The notes under the pieces were generated by a model, which was not told where the DNA came from, did not search any database, and saw nothing but the letters and a program-made list of their open reading frames with translations. A stretch of DNA of 64,000 nucleotides from Pecten maximus. Lineage: Eukaryota. The translations under genes were made by a program, and so were the position numbers. Shown here piece after piece: positions 52,360 to 64,000 of the stretch. The stretch is from contig NC_047022.1 of assembly GCF_902652985.1 (NCBI RefSeq), forward strand, positions 43,338,001-43,402,000, in the 5' to 3' direction. Numbering within the stretch: position 1 is the first letter of the stretch; every line of letters begins with the position of its first letter.

Positions 52360-52459
52360 NNNNNNNNNNNNNNNNNNNNNNNNNNNNNNNNNNNNNNNNN
52401 NNNNNNNNNNNNNNNNNNNNNNNNNNNNNNNNNNNNNNNNNNNNNNNNNNNNNNNNNNN
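52360..52459. other. Assembly gap (100 N)
   Basis: Run of n. Confidence 1.
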
Positions 52460-52689
52460 AAAATCCTTAAAAAATTTTTTTTGAAAAATAATTAAAAAAA
52501 AATTTAATTTTTTCCCCTCCCTTTGGGCATGAACTGTATGTTTAAACCTAGCTTCTTAATGTTCGATGTAAGACATGGTTAGTTTGGACTTCAGATACTC
52601 ACCATAATGAGCATCTCGCCAGATTTTTAAATTTTAACAAATGCAGGATAATTAAATATTCTGAGTAAAAGAAGACGTTAAGAACTTAC

Positions 52690-53570
52690 TGTTGTCACGA
52701 TACAAAAGATGTGTCTACCATCCAGACTGACAGAATGGGGTGATGGGTATTGTTTTGCCAGCCAAACTACACTCCGCACCAACAACCCTGTAAACATTAC
52801 ATTGTATTGTAGATAAACTGTAAAATTAATTCTCAAAGAAATAAATACCATCCAATTACCTAGAACATCACACCAGTGAAATATATTACATCAGTAAGTC
52901 ATATTGATTCATTTATTTGTTTGTAAATTTGGAATTTTTGTTGTTTTTCAAATAACCTGGTAAGTGAAATCTGAGACATAATTAAGTGCAAGGCTATTCC
53001 TTATTGTACAAAAAAGTATGATTTTTGAGGAGAGTAACTTCAGATGAAGAAATTAGATAACATCCCATTTTACAAAACTCCTTGAGATTGAGATTTGAGC
53101 TAATTTGTTTCCAGCGTCAACAATTGAAGGGTCTTCTGTTTTAAATAACCTACATTATACATGTATCTGCTTATATATCTACATTCAGGTAACAACAACA
53201 ATTATTTCATGTTAATATCAGTCAACAGTCAAACTCTTTTCCCTCGGGTGCCAGGACCAACCCATTAATTAGGCATGAAGAAATGTTCCTTACCAAGAGT
53301 AGCCAGGAGGTTGCATGTTACTATATATCTGATGATGATGTTGAGATTCGGTCCAGCTAATATCCTGTTGGAGGTGTTCCGGAATAATGATGAACCAGGC
53401 TGCCCCCTTGGTAAAACCAAATAACACACGCCCAGTATACTAACAATACAGATCACCATGGTTATAATCAGCATGATCTGTCCAACCAGCATCTCATCTT
53501 CCATTCTCTGCACATCCACATCAGAAACATTTTTCACACAACAAACAGCCAAAAAATCTGGAGATGACAT
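52690..53570 (-). CDS. GPR143: G-protein coupled receptor 143 (OA1)-like, coding exons 1-2, 3'-partial
   Basis: Exon 53570-53294 (MSSPDFLAVCC...IIRYIVTCNLLATLG, donor GTAAGG) and exon 52787-52690 (LLVRSVVWLAKQYP...HIFCIVTT, donor GTAAGT). These match recalled human GPR143 segments MASPRLGTFCC, CDLLGCLGMVIRSTVWL and FCVGSA. Confidence 0.85.
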
Positions 53571-53794
53571 CTTGGATTTTTTTCCCTGGCTGATTGTTTT
53601 TATTCTTCAATTAACATGGAATACAATGTCGTCTTCGATCTTACCACTTGAGATTCAAATTATTCTTTACATCAAAAGATTTAGCACAATTATATTTCTG
53701 TTCTCATTTTTCGACCATGTTGGTCCTATAGATTGCTTGATGTCGTCCAGACTTGTGTATCTGCCATGAAGCTAATTGGTGGTGATCACTGAAC

Positions 53795-54966
53795 TCTTTA
53801 GGCTCCAGAAACAACCTGTAAAATAAATATCACCTAATGTTACCAAATCTTTAGTCTCCAGAAACAACCTATAAAATAAATATCACCTAATGTTACCAAA
53901 TCTTTAGGCTCCAGAAACCACCTGTAAAATAAATATCACCTAATGTTACCAAATCTTTAGGCTCCAGAAACCACCTGTAAAATAAATATCACCTAATGTT
54001 ACCAAATCTTTAGTCTCCAGAAACAACCTATAAAATAAATATCACCTAATGTTACCAAATCTTTAGGCTCCAGAAACCACCTGTAAAATAAATATCACCT
54101 AATGTTACCAAATCTTTAGGCTCCAGAAACCACCTGTAAAATAAATATCACCTAATGTTACCAAATCTTTAGTCTCCAGAAACAACCAGTAAAATAAATA
54201 TCACCTAATGTTACCAAATCTTTAGGCTCCAGAAACCACCTGTAAAATAAATATCACCTAATGTTACCAAATCTTTAGTCTCCAGAAACAACCTATAAAA
54301 TAAATATCACCTAATGTTACCAAATCTTTAGGCTCCAGAAACCACCTGTAAAATAAATATCACCTAATGTTACCAAATCTTTAGGCTCCAGAAACCACCT
54401 GTAAAATAAATATCACCTAATGTTACCAAATCTTTAGGCTCCAGAAACCACCTGTAAAAAATAAATATCACCTAATGTTACCAAATCTTTAGGCTCCAGA
54501 AACCACCTGTAAAATAAATATCACCTAATGTTACCAAATCTTTAGTCTCCAGAAACCACCTGTAAAATAAATATCACCAAATGTTACCAAATCTTTAGGC
54601 TCCAGAAACCACCTGTAAAATAAATATCACCTAATGTTACCAAATCTTTAGGCTCCAGAAACAACCTGCAAAATAAATATCACCTAATGTTACCAAATCT
54701 TTAGGCTCCAGAAACCACCTGTAAAATCAATATCACCTAATGTTACCAAATCTTTAGGCTCCAGAAACCACCTGTAAAATAAATATCACCTAATGTTACC
54801 AAATCTTTAGGCTCCAGAAACCACCTGTAAAATAAATATCACCTAATGTTACCAAATCTTTAGGCTCCAGAAACAACCTGTACAATAAATATCACCTAAT
54901 GTTACCAAATCTTTAGGCTCCAGAAACAACATGTAAAATAAATATCACCTAATGTTACCAAATCTT
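53795..54966. repeat. 53-bp minisatellite, about 22 copies; each unit carries the candidate GPR143 splice acceptor
   Basis: Unit ctttaggctccagaaaccacctgtaaaataaatatcacctaatgttaccaaat; minus strand reads atatttattttacAG|G. Confidence 0.95.
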
Positions 54967-55516
54967 TTAAAACACCTTCAGCTATGGTAACGTCTACCAA
55001 TATTTCAAAGTAGAAATTTTTTTTTTTGAATGTAGTACAATAGAATCATATTCTTCACTTTATATAAAATGACATTTATAATCCATGTCAAATCATTCCA
55101 ATAATGATTCTAATGTGACGAAATATAAATACATTTTAGACACCAAAGTTTGATTAACAATAACCACATTCAATATAATTTAATCAAAATCTTTTAAACA
55201 TTTTGCCTTAAATAAACATAAATCAGCATCCAGTTACATTTTAAAAGTGCACACCCAGTACACATGCATTACACCTCATGATGTATGATGTATAACTAGA
55301 AAAAATATCATTATTACAAATCTCTTAAACATATTTCGAAGCCCTAATCCCCCCCCCGGTTTACAATGGACTTGCCTTTACCTTTATATAATGTGTCTCA
55401 TCACAGAAAATAGGGTAGGCCATTACTTTATCAACCTGTATCATGTGACAAAAAAAAAGTGATTTTTGTCTGTTCACATGACGATCAGTTATCTAGTACA
55501 TGTAGCACAGATTTAC

Positions 55517-55542
55517 ATATATATATATATATATATATATAT
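55517..55542. repeat. (AT)n microsatellite
   Basis: About 13 AT dinucleotides. Confidence 0.9.
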
Positions 55543-56243
55543 GTGTTGTGTGTGTTGTAGTAACACCATGTTCCCGCTGTATACAGACATTAGAAAGTAT
55601 CTATGTAAATCATTTCTCTTTGTTCACAGATACTGGTTGTGGGCTTTCATGAATTACTACACAACCATCCATTAAATAGCCCAGGTAAAACTCCTTAAGG
55701 AATATTGTATAGTATCTATGTACCAATGGCAAACAATGGAAGGATAATAAAATTAAACATGTTTATTATTGAACAGTTTCATTTAGTAAATAAGCAGCAA
55801 CACACATAGCATTACTGCCACAAAGCGACGTACAAATACAATTTCTAGACAATGACTCAAATGGTTTGATTGTATCTGCTAAGAAAATAAAACTAGAGGC
55901 TCATGAGCCTTAACAGTCACCGGAGTTTTGATCACAACACTGGCCTCCGGAACTATTAGGTACCAAACTATGCAATTATTTTCATGGATTATGTTGAACA
56001 TGGATTCCTGTCAACACAGGCCTTAGTACCACTGATATGGTGGATACATTGATGATATCTCTTTTGTTTGGCCGTACTCACGAGAGACACTTACCTCCTT
56101 CTGTATGGATTGGAACTCTTACCATGCTACATTCAAGTTTACTATAGAGGTCAGAGACACAAAAGTGATTTTTTTTTGGATACTATGATATATATAAGTG
56201 GGTGACTATGTAATAAAAAATAGAATAAATTAAATGATAAATA

Positions 56244-59200
56244 ACAAGAGGCCCAATGGGCCTGTATCGCTCACCTGGCTCTACAGCAACTTTGAAGTTG
56301 ATTGAGGTCATTTCTACAGATACTATGCTGATTATCATAGTAAGCTAGGTTTATTCATATTAATAAATTTTCTAGTCCTTCATTCCAGCATTTTATTGGC
56401 CTAATATCTGGTCTAGGAGGCTCTTGGCTATCGCAAAATTATTGTTTACAGATTTAAGCCGATTTCACCCCTGTGACCTTAAATGTAGGTCAAGGGTCAT
56501 TCATTTGAACAAACTTTGAAGCCCTTCAGGCCCAATATCAAGTTCCTGGGCCTCTTGGTTATTGAGAAGAAGTTGTTTGAAGATTATAGCCTATTTGACC
56601 AATGTGACCTTGAATGAAGGTCAAGGTCATTTATTTGAACAAACTTTGTAGCCTTCACCCCAGCATGCTACAGGCCCAATATCAAGTCCCTGGGCCTCTT
56701 GGTTATTGAGAAGAAGTCGTTTGAAGATTATAGCCTATTTGACCCATGTGACCTTGAATGAAGGTCAAGGTCATTTATTTGAACAAACTTTGTTGCCCTT
56801 CACCCCAGCATGCTACAGGCCCAATATCAAGTCCCTGTGTCTCTTGGTTATTGGGAAGAAGTCGTTTGAAGATTATAGCCTATTTGACCAATGTGACCTT
56901 GAATGAAGGTCAAGGTTAATTTTTTTTAACAAACTTTGTAGCCCTTCACCCAAGCATGCTACAGGCCCAATATCAAGTCCCTGGGCCTCTTGGTTATTGA
57001 GAAGAAGTTGTTTGAAGAATATAGCCTATTTGACCCATGTGACCTTGAATGAAGGTCAAGGTCATTTATTTGAACAAACTTTGTTGCCCTTCACCCCAGC
57101 AAGCTACAGGCTCAATATCATGTCCCTGGGCCTCTTGGTTCTTGAGAAGAAGTTGTTTGAAGATTATAGCCTATTTGACCCATGTGACCTCGAATGAAGG
57201 TCACAGTCATTTATTTTAACAAACTTAGTAGCCCTTCATCCCAGCATGCTACAGACCCAATATCAAGTCCCTAGGCCTCTTGGTTATTGAGAAGAAGTCT
57301 TTTGAAGATTACAGCCTATTTGACCCATGTGACCTTGAATGAAGGTCAATGTCATTAATTTGAACAAACTTTGTTGCCCTTCACCCCAGCATGCTACAGG
57401 CCCAATATCAAGTCCCTGTGTCTCTTGGTTATTGGGAAGAAGTCGTTTGAAGATTATAGCCTATTTGACCAATGTGACCTTGAATGAAGGTCAAGGTCAT
57501 TTTTTTTAACAAACTTTGTAGCCCTTTGCCCAAGCATGCTACAGGCCCAATATCATGTCCCTGGGCCTCTTGGTTATTGAGAAGAAGTCTTTTGAAGATT
57601 ACAGCCTATTTGACCCATGTGACCTTGAATGAAGGTCAATGTCATTAATTTGAACAAACTTTGTTGCCCTTCACCCCAGCATGCTACAGGCCCAATATCA
57701 AGTCCCTGTGTCTCTTGGTTATTGGGAAGAAGTCGTTTGAAGATTATAGCCTATTTGACCCATGTGACCTCGAATGGAGGTCACAGTCATTTATTTTAAC
57801 AAACTTAGTAGCCCTTCATCCCAGCATGCTACAGACCCAATATCAAGTCCCTAGGCCTCTTGGTTATTGAGAAGAAGTCTTTTGAAGATTACAGCCTATT
57901 TGACCCATGTGACCTTGAATGAAGGTCAATGTCATTTATTTGAACAAACTTTGTTGCCCTTCACCCAAGCATGCTACAGGCCCAATATCAAGTCCCTGGG
58001 CCTCTTGGTTATTGAGAAGAAGTTGTTTGAAGAATATAGCCTATTTGACCCATGTGACCTTGAATGAAGGTCAAGGTCATTTATTTGAACAAACTTTGTT
58101 GCCCTTCACCCCAGCAAGCTACAGGCTCAATATCATGTCCCTGGGCCTCTTGGTTCTTGAGAAGAAGTTGTTTGAAGATTATAGCCTATTTGACCCATGT
58201 GACCTCGAATGAAGGTCACAGTCATTTATTTTAACAAACTTAGTAGCCCTTCATCCCAGCATGCTACAGACCCAATATCAAGTCCCTAGGCCTCTTGGTT
58301 ATTGAGAAGAAGTCTTTTGAAGATTACAGCCTATTTGACCCATGTGACCTTGAATGAAGGTCAATGTCATTAATTTGAACAAACTTTGTTGCCCTTCACC
58401 CCAGCATGCTACAGGCCCAATATCAAGTCCCTGTGTCTCTTGGTTATTGGGAAGAAGTCGTTTGAAGATTATAGCCTATTTGACCAATGTGACCTTGAAT
58501 GAAGGTCAAGGTCATTTTTTTTAACAAACTTTGTAGCCCTTTGCCCAAGCATGCTACAGGCCCAATATCATGTCCCTGGGCCTCTTGGTTATTGAGAAGA
58601 AGTCTTTTGAAGATTACAGCCTATTTGACCCATGTGACCTTGAATGAAGGTCAATGTCATTAATTTGAACAAACTTTGTTGCCCTTCACCCCAGCATGCT
58701 ACAGGCCCAATATCAAGTCCCTGTGTCTCTTGGTTATTGGGAAGAAGTCGTTTGAAGATTATAGCCTATTTGACCCATGTGACCTCGAATGGAGGTCACA
58801 GTCATTTATTTTAACAAACTTAGTAGCCCTTCATCCCAGCATGCTACAGACCCAATATCAAGTCCCTAGGCCTCTTGGTTATTGAGAAGAAGTCTTTTGA
58901 AGATTACAGCCTATTTGACCCATGTGACCTTGAATGAAGGTCAATGTCATTTATTTGAACAAACTTTGTTGCCCTTCACCCCAGCATGCTACAGGCCCAA
59001 TATCAAGTCCCTGTGTCTCTTGGTTATTGGGAAGAAGTCGTTTGAAGATTATAGCCTATTTGACCAATGTGACCTTGAATGAAGGTCAAGGTCATTTTTT
59101 TTAACAAACTTTGTAGCCCTTTGCCCAAGCATGCTACAGGCCCAATATCATGTCCCTGGGCCTCTCGGTTATTGAGAAGAAGTCGTTTGAAGATTATAGC

Positions 59201-59737
59201 CTATTTGACCCATGTGACCTTGAATGAAGGTCACAGTCATTTATTTTAACAAACTTAGTAGCCCTTCATCCCAGCATGCTACAGACCCAATATCAAGTCC
59301 CTGGGCCTCTTGGTTATTGAGAAGAAGTCGTTTGAACATTATAGCCTATTTGACCCATTTGACCTTGAATGAAGGTCACGGTCATTTATTTGAACAAACT
59401 TGGTAGCCCTTCATCCCAGCATGCTACAGGCCCAATATCAAGTCCCTTGGCCTCTTGGTTATTGAGAAGAAGTCGTTTGAAGATTATAGCCTATTTGACC
59501 CATGTGACCTTGAATGAAGGTCAAGGTCAATTATTTGAACAAACTTGGTAGCCCTTCACCCTAGTATGCTACAGGCCCATTATGAAGTCCCTGGGCCTCT
59601 TGGTTATTGAGAAGAAGTTGTTTAAATGAAAAAGTTGACGCCGGACGGCCGGACGGACGGAGGGACAGACGGACGGACGGACGACGGACGCCGCACCATG
59701 GCATAAGCTCACTTGCCCTTCGGGCAGGTGAGCTAAT
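56244..59737 (-). mobile_element. Non-autonomous Helentron-associated element (HINE/DINE-1/pearl-like) with a central 145-bp satellite array
   Basis: On the minus strand: 5' TTAGCTCACCTGCCCGAAGGGCAAGTGAGCT stem-loop, (CCGT)n microsatellite at 59641-59690, about 21 x 145-bp monomers (56480-59620) with a gtgaccttgaatgaaggtcaaggtca box, sub-TIR CAGGTGAGC and 3' hairpin AGGCCCATTGGGCCT. Flanks are T-rich. Confidence 0.88.
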
Positions 59738-60369
59738 AAAAATCTAGAAGAGCCCACCTCCTGCCTGTTAAGAATGTCACTCCTTGACCATACATTAAAA
59801 CTTAATTATAAAGAACGGATGCTACTTCATATTATATCAAGGGCTTTTTCTCACTGGTTTGGGAAAGGGCCTTTTTGTCTCATTTTAGGAAGAAAATTGG
59901 TGAATTGGGAAAGACTTTTCAAGCTGCAAATTTGGGAGTTTGGCTTCAATATGAAATAATATCAATTGTGAATGGGGCCCAATAATTGCCCCAAAAAGCC
60001 CCCAGAAAAAGCCTCGATATTCTTCTTTCATATATATCAACTATACTACAAAGACTGAAGGTGTTGGCCTGTTTTACCTCAAACAAGATGATGTGTCCTG
60101 TTCCATGCCTTATCTACTATCAGTGACTTAGAGTATACTCGGATGCATGCAGTTTATCATTATCCATACTCTCTCGGACTAAGGTGTCACATAAACATGG
60201 ACATACGGTAATACAATATTGATTAATGCCACATGAATCGGATGTTCTACATTCTGTTTGTGAATAATTATCGTACTATTAAAACAGCTGTAGCCATGTT
60301 TTTGCATGAGTCCTGCAATTGTATCAGTACTGTACTGCTAAATCTGTATAACCAGAAAAAACACCAATA

Positions 60370-60670
60370 ATAGGGGGAACCTACATGTGATGTCTAAGAA
60401 TGATCTAAGAAGTTCTTTATGAAATATATCAATAACAAATCTGAACTGTCAAAATCCCAGATGGCTGTCTTTCATGCCACTTTGTTTCTCTGATCAGTCT
60501 CAAAATCAAAAAGGCATAAGGGACCTTTGGGAACCTACATAAGAAATTTGAGAAAGATTCATCTAGTACTTCTCAAGAAATAGCAATAATTAACAAGGAT
60601 TGTTTAAGGACGGATGACAGACGACAGGCCATGGACACAGAGTGATTTGAAAACCCCATCATCTAATGAT
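60370..60670 (-). mobile_element. Degenerate HINE-like fragment
   Basis: Two diverged gggaacctacat...aagaa monomers followed by a decayed ggacggatgacagacgac microsatellite. Confidence 0.45.
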
Positions 60671-61033
60671 CTAAATACCCAACTCTACACTTGGATTCCT
60701 ATTAAGAATTTTCTCTGAAACTTGCAGCACTGTGAAAGATAATACAGAAGAACACTAGAAACGTAGAAATCAATTGGGACCATCACACAATCATAGAGAT
60801 AACAAAATCATACAAAGATGATTCATAACAAAGGACTATAAACCTAAAGAGGAAAGTTGGATGACAAAAATGCTTCAAGAACTAAATCTGCCCTCACTTC
60901 AAAAACTAAACTAGTGCCCTCACTCCAAAACCTAAACCTTCCAACACTGCCAGGAGACAACACTGATGTCTCATATCCTTCTACAGTACTGTACAATGTG
61001 GCAGAAGGGCAGATACCACCTGACCATTCAATT

Positions 61034-61084
61034 ACATGTAACAGGAGAGGAAAAATGTAGCGGCCAGACCGGGGTTCAAACCCA
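61034..61084 (-). mobile_element. tRNA-derived SINE fragment
   Basis: B-box-like GGGTTTGAACCCCGG followed by TCTGGCCGCTACATTTTCCTCTCCTGTTACA. Confidence 0.5.
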
Positions 61085-61548
61085 TACAAATAAAAATTGA
61101 GCTACAAAGAAAAATGTACCTGGTCAACGATGATCAACCCAGTCAAAAATAAAAACAGAGAATAGATGTAAAAAAAATGTAGGATGTAAATTGAAACATC
61201 CAACATTGTTACAATATTAACTGGGACAACCAGGAAAACATTTTAAACAGCACTGTCTCTATCTACTCGCAAAGTGGAGTCATTCATGTTCGCCCTAGCA
61301 AGATATCGTGATTGAATTGCCCTCCCTCCATATTATCATGATAGCCCAACTGGGAATCTATGACATACTACCAGAGACATATATACAGAGAGATTAGTAA
61401 CATCGCTATTTCCCCGTACACATAGTGGCTCCCTTTATTCGTGACCACTCAAGCATATCCCTTATCGAGAGCGTCCTGTCTCCCATCAAACACACGCGAG
61501 CGCAGGTAAATCGGGCTATGCGCATGTGTGTATCGTAGTATTGGAACT

Positions 61549-62816
61549 TATTCGACATGTTCTGGTTAATCCGCCATTACGTCAGACCAAAACATCGTCA
61601 TTTTAAATACACACAGAAAGCACATCGTTTTATTTTGGCCACTACAAAAGTTACCACATTAACCAAAAACTATCATACTTATGTGATATAGTCTTAGTGA
61701 TCATGCACATTGTTGCCATTTATCCGTATTTTCTACAATCCATTGGCGTCCTATTCGACATGTCTAAGTTTGTAATTAAGCCGCCATTACGTCAGACCAA
61801 AACATCGTCAATTTTAAACGCACACAAAAAGCACATCGTTTTATTTAGGCCACTACAAAAGTTACCACATTAACCAAAAACTATCATACTTATGGGATAT
61901 AGTCTTATTGATCATGCATATTGTTGCCATTTATCCGTATTTTCTAAAATCCATTGGGTCCTATTCGACATGTCCAAGTTTGTAAATAGCCGCCATTACG
62001 TCAGACCAAAACATCGTCAATTTTAAACGCACACAAAAAGCACATCGTTTTATTTTGGCCACTACAAAAGTTACCACATTAACCAAAAACTATCAAACTT
62101 ATGGGATATAGTCTTATTGATCATGCATATTGTTGTCATTTATCCGTATTTTCGAAAATCCATTGGGTCCTATTCGACATGTCCATGTCCTCCCATGTTT
62201 GTAATTAAGCCGCCATTACGTCAGACCAAAACATCGTCAATTTTAAACGCACATAAAAAGCACATCGTTTTATTTAGGCCACTACAAAAGTTACCACATT
62301 AACCAAAAACTATCAAACTTATGGGATATAGTCTTATTGATCATGCATATTGTTGTCATTTATCCGTATTTTCGAAAATCCATTGGGTCCTATTCGACAT
62401 GTCCATGTCCTCCCATGTTTGTAATTAAGCCGCCATTACGTCAGACCAAAACATCGTCAATTTTAAACGCACACAAAAAGCACATCGTTTTATTTAGGCC
62501 ACTACAAAAGTTACCACATTAACCAAAAACTATCATACTTATGTGATATAGTCTTATTGATCATGCACATTGTTGCCATTTATCCGTATTTTCTAAAATC
62601 CATTGGGTCCTATTCGACATGTCCAAGTTTTGTAATTAAGCAGCCATTACGTCCGACCAAAACATCGTCAATTTTAAACGCACACAAAAAGCACATTGTT
62701 TATCTAGGCCACTACAAAAGTTACCACATTAACCAAAAACTATCATACTTATGGAATGTGGTCTTGATTATCATGCACATTGTTGTCATTTATCCGTATT
62801 CTCGAAAACCCCATAG
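61549..62816. repeat. About 210-220-bp tandem repeat, about 6 copies
   Basis: tattcgacatgt recurs at about 61550, 61752, 61962, 62171, 62391 and 62611. Confidence 0.93.
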
Positions 62817-64000
62817 GGACTTTTCGAAAATTGGAGATTCCCGCCGATCTTTCCTGCGTTGTGCTTGACTTTCATACTCAAAATACAAACACTTGGACAG
62901 CAAATTGTGATATATTTCATATTGATGACACTTCTGCACTTTGATATTAATAAAATTAAAGCACATAATTGGATCTTGGTGATGATTTCAATTAGAAATT
63001 ATCGATAATTATGTGTGTGGTTTTCAAGTTTTCTCCAATATGGCGTCTAGTTAAGACTGAACCGAGCGACCGCAAAGGATTGTGGGAAGGTCAGGGGCCA
63101 CTATGTAAACACAAGGGCAAATAGAGAGCTGCCAATCCCTCTGTATATATGTCTCTGATACTACATGATAATACATAATATACAGATAGACATAGTTGCA
63201 ACTGTAAATTTGCAATTTCAAAATATTTATCAATAAATCACATACTCAATCAAAAGTAGGAGTGAATAATAATAATATAAGACTGGACATGTGTGTCCAG
63301 ACTGTAATTATAAAATGTTAAAGACAGGGCGAGAAATTTATGATAGGCGCCCTCCCAGTCGCCACAATAACGTCAGAAAATGAATCAGTTGACCTGCGAC
63401 CTTTTATGTTATAGGAGAAGGGCTACCCACTGACCCAGGTAGGGAAATACTATAAGTTAAGTGTTCGTACATCTCCTTTAGAAAAAATCGATGAAACGGA
63501 CCAGATTGGTTACATCTTTACAGCAAAGATTTACATGGTAAATTATACCCTAAACCCCAAATACAGTGTTTCGTGGCTTATCTTAGCTTAGGTCTTATAT
63601 CTGCTTACATAAAACATGGCACACACTTGTTTCCTGTACTAGGTCAAATCACTGCAAGTTACTAGGCCTGTTACCGACCGACAGTTGGGCAAATAACACT
63701 GTTATGACATCTTATGCATGAGATAAAAATAATGACAGTTAGTTCAAATTACTAATTAACTTTTACCTTCAACGTCGAACATATCATTCCTTTCGTAGTT
63801 ATTCCTTAACACTGAATTTGTCCGCCAAACGTTATACTTTCTAGAGCTCACGTTCTGTCACTAGTTTCGTTTCTATTTCCTGTGATCTCGGTCTCGTGAC
63901 GTCTACAGTTGTCTCCACTTGAACTCTTTTCGGAAGATCTTTTGATTTTTTCGATCGGAAGATCTCTAGACTCTTCATACCCAAACAACGCCACACGCGT

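Noticed and set aside
7545-53570. Idea that the peptides, adaptor, pseudokinase and GPR143 form one functional module
   Set aside because: Adjacency is weak evidence in animal genomes, and GPR143 lies across an assembly gap. It would need conserved synteny and co-expression.

Overview
Eukaryotic, AT-rich, intron-containing genomic DNA. The Helentron-type element and tRNA-derived SINE fragments point to a bivalve mollusc (inference). About 45% of the window is tandem repeat, and most long ORFs in the supplied track are repeat artefacts. I could reconstruct four kinds of gene by hand. (1) A 640-aa single-pass membrane protein with many cytoplasmic Tyr motifs, encoded in one exon (7545-9467, +), probably with non-coding 5' exons. 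(2) A tandem cluster of three minus-strand paralogues (14898-37452) encoding small secreted 10-Cys prokineticin/astakine/colipase-fold peptides. They lack the AVIT N-terminus, share an internal G-K/R-R motif and end in His-His. Their tiny exons are separated by different giant minisatellites, so the ORF track shows them only as fragments. (3) A stand-alone alpha-kinase domain whose catalytic and metal-binding residues are replaced, so probably a pseudokinase (45952-46737, -). (4) The first two coding exons of a GPR143/OA1-like receptor (52690-53570, -), cut off by a 100-N gap. Also present: a complete HINE element with a 145-bp satellite core, a tandem duplication next to the gap, and several arrays whose units contain splice acceptors, TATA-like boxes or TTAGGG motifs.
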